Assembly: GCA_002269645.1 (NCBI GenBank)
Contig: NIVC01003130.1
Span: 54,060-118,059 of the forward strand
Reading direction: 5' to 3'
DNA from: Macrostomum lignano
Taxonomy: Eukaryota
Length of the DNA stretch: 64,000 nucleotides
Shown: positions 36,951-48,600 of the stretch, piece after piece
How positions within the stretch are numbered: position 1 is the stretch's first letter
How the letters are laid out: each line of letters begins with the position of its first letter
Program-made: the position numbers and the translations under genes
The notes under the pieces: generated by a model
Database searches by the model: none
What the model was told of the DNA's origin: nothing
What the model saw: only the letters and a program-made list of their open reading frames with translations

Positions 36951-39576
36951 GAAGAGTATAACAACCAAGCGAAGCCGATGCGGTCCGTGAGAAATTATAA
37001 CGAAAAAACAGATCGCCATTAGGCACAACTCACATCATAAATGCACGTCGACATCTACAATAAGCTACTCTACGGTTAAAATGCAAGGAGTAAATTTTTC
37101 GTTGACCTGCAAAGTGAAACTTAGAATAGTAAGTTTAGAAAAATAACGGAAAAATGTTTTTACAGCTGACACATTTTCGCCTTTGTTTTAAACTCACTTT
37201 TTCATTTTTTGACGCTTATGCAGTTTTTTGTTTTGAATTTAAATTCGAATCTTATCTCAAAGTTTCATTTCGTCTGCTGTAGTTTTGCTATAATTTCAGT
37301 ATGCAGTCTTTACGTACGGTTAAAATTAGCTTTCCTGTAGAACACCATGCCTTTACACTCTGCAGTACTCCAGTAAATTTTGAACTGCCATCCATGGAGT
37401 CTATCTTCAAATAGACAAGTCTAACCTGAGCTTACGGTATTTCTTATTTTAATATCTAAAGTTAAAAAGTATAGTTAAGAAAAAACTACTTATCTTGTTG
37501 ATTAAAAGTAATTTTCGACGCATGACGACGACATACATGTACAAGCGTACGACGTCGTTATTCGTTAGTGTAATCTAGAAGGAGATATTTGTCCGTGACC
37601 TCGTTGACTTTGAGAGGCTTGCATGTACAGCAGTATAAAGACGGTAGAAAAAAATTGCGAAAAAAGTATAGTATAGTGCAATAAAAATGGTAATTATAGT
37701 ACCAATTTTTCATAGATGTCTATTGACGTTAGGGTTACTCGGGTTACTCAAAACTGTACATATACATGTATACGTGGGGCACGTTAAGAAGTTATGAATG
37801 TTGTACAAGTCAGGAGCACCAAAATTACAAGTGACCATGTATAAAGAATTTTAGTGGCGACTTTCAAGATAGTTAATTAAGTCGCGGTTTGTGGTGACGC
37901 TTTGGGGATAAGGGCTATCCCAGAATAAGGCCAGCAAGACAGCGCACTCGATCGTTGCCGAGGAAACCAGCGTGGACCAGGATCCATTCGAACTCCACCT
38001 GATTACAATCCAGGATAGATTTGGAGCCGGTGGTGCTATGGCAGAGGGCTCAAGAGCTGCTTGGCTGTCGGAGTGAAAAAAGTTTCCAACCGTTGAGCTG
38101 CCTTCGGCGCAGCTCTGGCGCACAGGAGCTGATGGCAAGCACCTCGCTTAGAAAAGCAGTGAAGTCAAGTCCAGTCTGCTGAGAGCATAGCTCCACACCG
38201 CTTCTTCCACGGCTGGAATCGCGTCCGTGAGGTCGATGTTGAGCCCGTCATACTCAATAATCTTGAGCCAGAGGTCCGAGTGCGGGATATAAGCGAATCC
38301 CACACTTTTTTGAAGGTCATCCCAGCATCCAGAAGTCACCGGGTGCACTTCGCCGTCTCTTCTATGATGTGCACTAGAGTAAGACATTCATGCCTTTAAA
38401 GGCAGTAGAGGGTAAGTAAGGCCAATATAGTCATGCGGCAGGCTCTGTGCTTAACTTTATAGAGAAAGTCGAGGTTACCTTTGACGCTTAGGTCGCTAGG
38501 CCACAGGAGGAAGCGCTTTAGCTTGACCGAGAGCAGGCGCAAATTAGCACCAGTCTTTCAAGGAGCTTATGGCATAAAGAGCTGCTGGTGAGGCTAGCTG
38601 GCTGATCGACTAAAGGCCTTCACCGGCTGGTAGTTTTTCTTCTCTTCTCTCTCGGCAAAGGGCCTCAAGCTCTGCTGGATTCCACCAGGGAGCGCGGTTT
38701 CTTTGCTTTTGTAGGCCCTCCTTAAGAAGGCAGGCCGCCAGATCATGGGCTTTGCATGTGAAGTATAAAGGGAGGGGCTTCGGCTTTTGCTTGGTCGGCT
38801 GGATGCAAATTAAAGCGGATAAAACTGTGGTCCAAGAGCGATCGTCCTCGTCTCACACTTGCCAGTCCGTAAGCTGCGGCCATCGCAAGTCCGGGTTCCG
38901 GCGAAAAATTCGGCCCAGAATCGACCCAGAATTTTCTGTGCCGATTCGATGTCGAACATGCACTCAGAAATTTAGGAAATTCGATCATCGAATTTTTTTA
39001 TTAATTAATATTCACTTGTACTGTATGTATTGTACCGCTGTGATACTTACTGTAATGGGCGTGATGGTGGATCGGAATGGTACACGTCGATTACAACGCC
39101 CCGTTATTAAATGTGTGGGTGCATTTCCATGTGTGGTGTTCTTGCTACCCAAATTCAGCTGGTGCGCATTCACATCAAGTGACAATAACGCGCGTCGCAG
39201 AGGACCCAATTGGAGGGTCACCCCGCCAACTGAAAGGTTCGTGCTACCAAGCGCAGATTTATCGGAAAAGGTTATTGATTTGAGCAACACAATGTAGCCA
39301 ATCGAGAGACCAGGTCTCATCAATGACGCAAAAGATATCGTGGGCGAGACTTCATGGGAGTCCGCCATGCAAAAGCAGTTACATGTACGTGCATGCTATA
39401 GTAGTAGCCAGATAGCAAATTTTTGGGTAATACATGTACTTTTATCCAGGGCTCCATTTTTACGTATATGCCTCTTGCTTGAAATACCGAAGTTGAGCAC
39501 AGCCATTGTCGCAGGCCATTGATTAAATTAATTTTGAATTCATTTTTGAAGTATTTTTAAGTGTAACCCAATTCAA

Positions 39577-40197
39577 GGGGTCTGTATAAAAGCTGGACAC
39601 ATTGGACACACTGGACACTTGGACACCCCTTATTTTAACAAAAGTCGAAACTTGTTGATGCTAATAATTCAAATATTGCCAAAAGCGTATGCAAATTTGT
39701 AATAATAAAAATATTTACACATTTTTATAAAGACAAAGTATATAACTAATGTTAAAAAAGGGTGTCCAATGTGTCCAGTGTCCAATACCAAGGACCACTA
39801 GAAGAAGAAGAAGGACGGGACACTTCGTTTCTTGGAAAATTTATTAAAGGCTGATTTTCACGAAAAAAATGCACTACTAGCAAGATAGGAAATTTTCACT
39901 TTTTCACTTTAAAATGATGATAGCTTTTTATTGGAAGCATATACAAAGCTCTTCTTTTGATATAACTTATAAAACATGTTTCTACGACGGATTTTATAAA
40001 TATTTTTTCATGAATTAATTGATCTTGATACATCATTAAAAAACAGTTGGCTATAATTATCTGCCCAATTCACTGCTTATTCATTTTAGTTTTATACTTT
40101 TTATATAAAATAAGTATTTAAATATGTAGCTACCTTAGCTATAAGTTAGATCAATTATTCATGAAAAAATATTTATCGTCTAGCTTTATACAGACTC
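39577..40197. mobile_element. Possible AT-rich non-autonomous DNA transposon with nested inverted repeats
   Basis: Imperfect termini gggtctgtataaaagct / agctttatacagactc; inner tggacac arrays inverted at 39594-39626 and 39762-39785; a further inverted pair at ~40003-40024 / 40149-40170. Confidence 0.4.
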
Positions 40198-42563
40198 TAA
40201 ATTTAAATTCAAGCAGGTCTGGTATTTTACGCGTAAATTTTAACGCGTAAATTGTTATGTGTACACTAATTACAATCTTAAACTTGTGAAAATTCTATAT
40301 GCTAACATTGCTAAGATTGTCAGTAAGGGGGAAAAATATACCCGAATTTACTGGCACAATGGCCACATTCTGGACTATGGCATGGAAAAACTATGGAATT
40401 GCATAAATGCATATCCTTAAAAAGTTATAGGGCCTACCAAAAAGTACTTTCAAAGCTTATAATATTGCTGACTAGATGGCTATTGGCTATGCCTATTTAT
40501 ATTTACCTTAGGCCTAACAAAAGTTGCAATAAAAATGGTGAATATGAAACAAATTGTTTCTTATTAAGAAAAATATTCAGAAAAGTATATATTATTACAT
40601 AATGCTAATATGCCTATTTCTAGAAAAATGTTAGTTTTTGTATTGTAACAGTGGTGATTCCTATACACTGAAAATCCCACCGCTGAGACACTAAGTTGTA
40701 ACAGGGGGTTTGCTTCCCTCTTTAGTTATCCCACTGCTGGTACCAAAGTTGTTACAGGCCTTTTGACTCCCTATGAGAATCCCACTAAATGCCACCAAAA
40801 GCTGTTGCAGGGGTTATCCCTTCTTGTTAGTATTGCTGGTTCTTACTTACCCTTTACTCGTAGCGCATGTACTTCTATTGGTAGCATCTGTACTTCTATT
40901 GGTAGCGTATGTACTTCTATTGTACTTTCTGGCCTGAGCGGTCTAATAGCACTGTCTATTCTATTCCTATGCTTCCCTTAATATTATTCTCTCAGTCCTG
41001 GGCATTCCCTGGATCAGAGGGTCACAGCTTATGCTCTTTCTCTGCCCTGAGGCCATCTTTCCCTCACTCTGAGGCGGTTCTCCTGCCTTGAGGCGAATTT
41101 ACTATTACTGCCCTGAGGCGATCTCTCGCTGTTAGCGATCTTCTCCCAATTTGGGGGTAATCCTTATAGAAATGAACAATCCAAATAAGAATGCTTTAAA
41201 GACTTCTTATTGAGTGAACTTATTGCTTCAATATTATTCGAACAAGCGAATGCAGCGAGCAAGTTGCTTTTCTTGGCCCCATCTGGGCTCCTATTTATAC
41301 CATTTCATATATATATTTAAAACAAACTTTGATTTTCTACAATATTATTTGCGCACACAACATTAAAACAAAAATATTACTATTTAGCAGAAATTTGAAT
41401 ATGGTAATTTCTAAGAAAGCAATTGTTCGCGTAGACTAAAAATAAAGCCATATTTCATACTGTAAAGCAGATATATTACACTGCCTCAGTATCAAATAGG
41501 CCTAGGCCTAACCTATGTTTTATTGCTTCATTGCTTGCTATTGTTTCCCCAAACATAGACGATAGACTTAGGCCTATAGGCCTTACCCAATTTTTTTATA
41601 GTCAACATACCATTTGTAAAAAATAAACTGAACAAAGCTCTATTTTTATTTTAGTCAATAGTATATATCTGAAAATTTGGACATGCATTGGCCTTGCATA
41701 CAAATAAAAAATTGATGTGCATAGTTAGGGTATAGCATTCTTATCTATTGTAAAGTATTGTGAAATAAAGATAAGAAAAAAACTTTTTTAAACATGAATT
41801 TCTAGCTTTCTAGGTTTTAAATCTTGTAATAGTAATAGGCCTAAGGCATTTAAATAAATCTTTACAATTAGGCCTATCATTGCTATCAATTTTCTTGAAT
41901 AGTATTGCTAAATGGGTCCATTACATAATTCAAAAAATCATTTATTGTCACAAAATAAAAAAGATCATTTATTATTGCAATATCAATAGGCACATTGTTT
42001 AGGTATACACAGTGCACCTAGCATGATTTAGACTATAGAACCCTTTTGTAGCTAAGCTACCAAGGTCTGAATTATGCCAGATGCCCCTATTTGTTATTAT
42101 GCTATAGCCAGATCATTCTGGGTATATACCCAAACAAAAATTAAATAATTACAAATATACATCTGCAACTGCTGGCTGACCTGGCCAATCTGGCCATCGT
42201 AAATTGTGGTGGACCAGGGGTAAGTCACAAAAATGTCCACCCTAAAGAATACAGATATAGTACTAATTAGATGACGCGGCATTTAGCCCTTAACTTTAGA
42301 CAGCTATAGTTACTCCTGCCATTTACCAAAAATTGCATTAATTTTGCTTTAGAGTTTCTTTCTTAGGTAAGTCACATTTTTGATCTGTTACAAGTTTGTA
42401 CTGAAACACTGGGCTCAAAGCCCTGAATATGCGCCGTAGTACCTTTGGCCTTCTTTTGCCAATGTCTGCTTGGCATGTTTAACTTTTTTATTTATTTTAC
42501 TTATTTCCAAGCGGTTTGCCTTTAGTTAGGCTCTTGTGCTCAATACAGGCAAATGAAATAGTC

Positions 42564-42625
42564 TATGATCATACTTCAGTTAAAAATAAACTTAAATCTG
42601 CTCGGGCAAAAGCTAGCCCGCAGCA
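42564..42625. repeat. 62-bp direct repeat, left copy, flanking Gypsy fragment
   Basis: tatgatcatacttcagtt...gcccgcagca; 3 mismatches to 44218-44279. Confidence 0.9.
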
Positions 42626-44217
42626 CCTCCCCACTTCAAAGTTTACAGTTCATTCTTTGTAATGCACTCTTGGCTTAGTCAACAGTCTCACTTCTCCGAG
42701 GTTGCGGTTGCTGCTGCTCCGGCTCCTGTACCGGCTCTGGTTCTTTAGGGAACGTATCTAGAGGTTGATTCACCTCACTAGCACCGTCAGCAACCAGTTG
42801 TTCCGAGTCAGTGCCCTTGTCGCCACCAGACTGGAAACTTTGCATCTGGTCCTGGTGTGCCTTTTTGTACACGCCGTTGTCGAGCTTGATAATAGCCGTG
42901 TTTCGACCAGTCGGTAAGACGACTCTAGCCAACGATGTAGCTCTTTCTGTCTTGTACACGACCTCGTCATCTCCAGAAAAATCCAACATCAAAGGAGTTC
43001 GAATGTTTCGAACTAAAAACTTCTCCGACGGTGTACGGCCATTGTTTCCTTTTGATGATCGATAAAACAGCAGGAATCTGTCAATGTTTTGTTGACTCAA
43101 ACCTAATGCTGACACGGATTCTTTCACAGTATGGACAAATCGTTCAGCTACCCCATTACTCTGAGGGTGGTACGGAGGTGTTGTTACATGGTTGCAACCA
43201 ATAGCTTTCAACCATTGCGTTGTCTCCGCTGAGACGAAGCTAGACCTATTATCAGTCACAAGAGTCTTTGGTATGCCCCACTGCAAAAACGTCCTTTGAA
43301 ATCTGGAAATTACTGTCGACAATTCCATATTGGTCGTCAAATGCACTTCTAGGTAGTTGGACATTGCATCCACAAGTATTAGCTAGTACTGGCCATCTAT
43401 AGGACCTGCAAAATCAGCATGTACACGCTCACATGGCTCCGTGGCTGTTGGCCAAGATGTCAAGAAGCTTCGATTGCGTGGCTTAACCATCTTACAGGTT
43501 ACGCAGCTTCCGATGTGCTGTTTCACGTCTTTATTTAAACCGGGCCACCAGAACTGGGATTTCAATAGTGACAAAGTTCGATCTATGCCCAAATGGGTGC
43601 TGTGTGCTGTCTGAATTGCAGAAAACCTCAGACTCTTCGGCAGAACGATTCGCGTATCCCTGATGACAATGTCTGACTCAATTGTTAGTTCATCCGCAAC
43701 TGCCTTAAAAGGACAAATACTACTGTAGGATGGTTGAAGTTACTGGACCGAATAGCTTCTTTCAGCAGAAAAAATGCTGGCCAATCCATTGATTGTTTTT
43801 TTACCTCCTCAGTAGATATGATTGTTGAAGGTAGTTCGATACTCCCGACAGTGTATGTCTGCACTGTATCATCCCTTAACAATCGTGACAAGGCATCTGA
43901 TTTCATAAATTTTGACCTCTGATATTCGATAGTAAAGTCAAAAGCCATCAACGATATCGCCCACCTCTGCAGTCGTGCTGACACGCGCATAGGCAAGCCT
44001 TCGTTTGGACCAAAAATGTACGTAAGCGGTCTGTGATCCGTGATTAGAGTGAAGTGACACCCTGAAAGAAACCGCTAGCACCTTTGCGTTGACCAGATAA
44101 TTGCTAAAGCCTCCCTCTCGATCTGAGAATATTTTTTCTCAGCTTTCGACAGTCTTTTGCTGATGTACAAAACGGGCATGTTGTCTTGAATCAGAACTCT
44201 GCCCAGTCATACTTCAG
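42626..44217 (-). mobile_element. Degenerate Gypsy/Ty3 pol fragment (RNase H, HHCC zinc finger, rve integrase core)
   Basis: YSQIEREALAI...TDHRPL...RLQRWAI...DALSRL; H...HLGIDRT...FWWPG...CVTC; DFAGP...TDN...PPYHPQSNGVAERFV. In-frame stops at ~44075, 43685 and 43383; no RT or gag. Confidence 0.92.
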
Positions 44218-44279
44218 TATGATCATACTTCAGTTGAAAATAAACTTAAATCTGCTCGGGCCAAAGCCAGCCCGCAGCA
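44218..44279. repeat. 62-bp direct repeat, right copy, flanking Gypsy fragment
   Basis: Matches 42564-42625; preceded by an extra catacttcagt copy. Confidence 0.9.
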
Positions 44280-44819
44280 TGGTAAAAAAGTAAGTCGCAT
44301 AGCCAGTGTAAATCAGGGGGGTTGCACATGTATAGTTATAAATATATGCCAAAAAATTAAGTATACATGCATAGTGATACTCTCGAATCTAGGTCTGCTG
44401 TTGCAACAATAAATGACATTTTTGTATTTTGGCAATAAACAGCTGTTTGCCTTGCATAAAAGACCCTTTTTGCTTTGGCTTATAATTAGTTAATAATTAT
44501 TTTTTGCCCATAGGGGCCTATTAGGCTATTTATAGTAAATTGATATTTAAACATTTGTTTTCTTACAAACTTGAAAACAGGAAAGCTTGTATTTTATACT
44601 TGAAAAAATAAACTTTTTGATCTTTCTGCTACTTAACTAAAACTCTTCTGTGTGATTCTATAAAGTATGTATTAAGTATGCATAATATACACTATTTTCT
44701 CTTGAACTGTATGTATCTAACTTTTGGCATATAAGGCCAATGTATACTAGAATTTTTGGGTATATACCATGTTATCCACTTTGTCTATGCACATTGTCTA
44801 TTCCCCCAGTGTTAATAAA

Positions 44820-45378
44820 CAATGATAATCAGTAGCATAACTCTGTTACCATATACAAACCAATAAGATAGATAGACATGGATAGCAGAAATAACCTGGT
44901 TATCTCTGCCGGAGTTGCATATGCCATGGATTACATACAAAGAATTGCCTGATACAAGATGAACCATACAGAATCTCCTGAGGAGGCTCATCTCCTTGTA
45001 TCTTGTTTATCTTATCTTATTCTTGTTTATATTATACAAATGCAACTACTGGCCAACCTGGCTGACCCAGCCACTATAAATTGTGATAGACTAGTGGTAA
45101 GTTGCAAAAATGCCTACCCAAAAGAATACAAATGTTGTAAATGACAAGGTATTTTGCCTTATTAATACAGTTATATTTGCTGTTTTATATACTTAGCAAT
45201 TTTGAAAGTAGCCATCATTTGCAATGAGGGTGCAAGCTACACCACTAGCTTGCAATTGGTGGAGTTGCTTAATACATATGCAACTCCGGCAGAGATAACC
45301 AGGTTATTTCTGCTATCCATGTCTATCTATCTTGTTGGTTTGTATATGGTAACAGAGTTATGCTACTGATTATCATTG
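44820..45378. mobile_element. MITE-like element with 104-bp terminal inverted repeats
   Basis: 44820-44923 is the reverse complement of 45275-45378 with one mismatch noticed; no coding capacity. Confidence 0.8.
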
Positions 45379-45681
45379 AGGTTGTAAAAAAATTACCCCC
45401 CCCCCAGTGCAAGGAGAAACAACTTCATTATTGTTGCCAAGAGTATATCAAATAATTTGTTTTGCACTCATCTTCCTTGTGTTAAAAAACATGACCTTTC
45501 TGCTAAGGACTTTATAAATGATATATATTGGCATAAAGATTTTGGTTTTATAGCAATACATTCTGCTTGGAAGTACCTTCTCTGTATAAACCACTTTCCC
45601 TATAGTTTGCTATCAGTTGATACTTAAAAAAAGTTTGAGTTTTTTAAATTTAATTTAGTTTATCTGCACACTTCAGTAACC

Positions 45682-48600
45682 ATGGCAACAGCATTCGAAA
45701 CAGAAATGGGTGTTATGCCCGAACTATCCAAAGCTGTATCAGAGATGGACTGGATTCTTCCCACCGATATTCAAGGCGAGGCTGTGCCCCTGATTCTTGG
45801 CGGCGGCGATGTCCTTATGGCTGCTGAAACTGGCAGTGGCAAGACTGGCGCCTTCTGCCTGCCTGTGCTGCAGATTGTCTATGAGACACTTAAAGATGCT
45901 AGTGAAGGTGGGATTGAGCTGCCTTTGCTTATTCTTAACTAATCCACTCACCTAGTCTCTTAACCACTTCCCTGCGCACTCCTCTACCCACTTCCTCTAC
46001 TTCTCTACTCTACCCACTCTTCTACTCTCCTCTAGCCACCCTCCCCTACCCACTCTCCCCTACCTACTTTCTCCTACATACTCCCCTACCCTCCCCTAAA
46101 TACTCCCTCTCCCCTACCCACCCTCCCCTACTGTCCCCTATCCACTCTCCTCTTCTACCATACCCACCACCATACTCTACCTTACCTACTCTACTTCTAC
46201 CCTACCCACTCTCCTCTACTCTACCCTGCCCACTTTACCCTACTCCCCCTACCCACTCTTCTCTATATATTCTGGCCTACGCACTCTCCTCTACTCTTAC
46301 CTACCCACTGTCCTGACATAAGGACTTTGAATTGACCAAATTTACAAACATTCATTGCAGGCAAATCATCCGGCAAGTCTGCATCAGCCTCTGAAGCCGC
46401 CAATTCTAATACAGCCGCTGCCCAGAAGAAGCACTGGCGATTTAACATGCACGATCGTACGGAACAATTGGCTATCGATGCAGAGGGAGTTCTGGTGCAG
46501 AGTCGGCACCAACGGGTTAGTGACTGAATGACTGAATGGGTTGCAAAATGGCTAGCGGGAGCAAAGCTTGGTTGTTATGCACACGTAGTTTGCCAATTTC
46601 AGGTTTTACACTAACGCGTTGTTAAGTTCCGTATCGAAGGGAAATACTTAGTTGCTATTCAAATTTTGACTAGTCATTTTTGTTTAGGAACCGATGATTA
46701 GCATCACGTATCCATGGTAAACAACTTGGTTGCTATACAAGCTTTTGGCTAGTCATTTTTTGTTTAGGAACCGATGATTAGCATCACGTATCCATGGTAA
46801 ACAACTTGGTTTCTATGTGGATTTTGGCTAGTTGTTTTGGATTTATAAATGTATTATTAGAATGACGTATCCATATTCAACAACTTAGTTGCTATGCCCA
46901 TTTTAGCTTATCCATTTAAAGTTTTGAGTCATGTAACTATACAGGATTAACTCAGTTGCTATGCTAAACAATGTCCCACAGGACTGGCACGGCGCCAGAG
47001 CCGTAGCCGGGGTGAAATCCCGCGGCAAGTACTACTTCGAGGCAACGGTCACGGACGAAGGCTTGGCCAGGATTGGCTGGGCCACAGCGGCAGCCAAACT
47101 TGATCTTGGGACGGACGGCGAGGGCTACGGCTACGGCGGCACGGGAAAAAAGTCGCACCATAAACAGTTCGACACGTACGGCGAATCGTTCATTCTTAGC
47201 GACACAATTGGCTGCTTCATCGATTTGGACAAGGGCGAAATTGCATTTTCCAAGAATGGCAAACTGTTTGGCAAAGCGTTCGACATCGATGCCGGGCATC
47301 GGAGCGCTGCATTCTTTCCCTGCGTGTGCCTGAAGAATGCGGAGCTGCGGGTCAACTTTGGCCTTAGCGAGTTCAAGCACCCGCCGCCCAAGCCTTTTGT
47401 GGCCGTCTGCCAGGCTGCTAAGGACTGCGTAGCATTGGGACCGGTGAGACTATTGCATTTGTTAGCCTTGCTGAATTTCTAACAGGTTCTATAGGGTGTT
47501 AATAGCAGGTTTACGTGTCTGTCTAACAGATTTAGGTGTCTGTCTAAAATGTTTAGATCTGTCTAACAGATTTAGGTGTCTGTCTAAAATGTTTAGATCT
47601 GTCTAACAGATTTAGGTGTCTGTCTAAAATGTTTAGATCTGTCTAACAGATTTAGGTGTCTGTCTAAAATGTTTAGATCTGTCTAACAGATTTAGGTGTC
47701 TGTCTAATATAACAGATTTAGGTGTCTGTCTAACATGTTTAGATCTGTCTAACAGATTTAGGTGTCTGTCTAACATATTTAGGTGTCTGTCTAAAATGTT
47801 CAGATCTGTCTAACATATTTAGGTGTCTGTCTAACATAACAGATTTAGGTGTCTGTCTAACAGGCTTAGGTGTCTAACAGATTTAGGTGTCTGTCTAACA
47901 TATTTAGGTGTCTGTCTAACAGATTTAGGTGTCTGTTTAACAGATTTAGGTGTCTGTCTAAAATGTTTAGATCTGTCTAACAGATTTAGGTGTCTGTCTA
48001 AAATGTTTAGATCTGTCTAACAGATTTAGGTGTCTGTCTAAAATGTTTAGATCTGTCTAAAAGATTTAGGTGTCTGTCTAATATAACAGATTTAGGTGTC
48101 TGTCTAATATAACAGATTTAGGTGTCTGTCTAATATAACAGATTTAGGTGTCTGTCTAACATAACAGATTTAGGTGTCTGTCTAACAGGCTTAGGTGTCT
48201 AACAGATTTAGGTGTCTGTCTAACATATTTAGGTGTCTGTCTAACAGATTTAGGTGTCTGTTTAACAGATTTAGGTGTCTGTCTAAAATGTTTAGATCTG
48301 TCTAACAGATTTAGGTGTCTGTCTAAAATGTTTAGATCTGTCTAAAAGATTTAGGTGTCTGTCTAATATAACAGATTTAGGTGTCTGTCTAATATAACAG
48401 ATTTAGGTGTCTGTCTAAAATGTTTAGATCTGTCTAACAGATTTAGGTGTCTGTCTAAAATGTTTAGATCTGTCTAACAGATTTAGGTGTCTGTCTAAAA
48501 TGTTTAGATCTGTCTAACAGATTTAGGTGTCTGTCTAATATAACAGATTTAGGTGTCTGTCTAAAATGTTTAGATCTGTCTAAAAGATTTAGGTGTCTGT

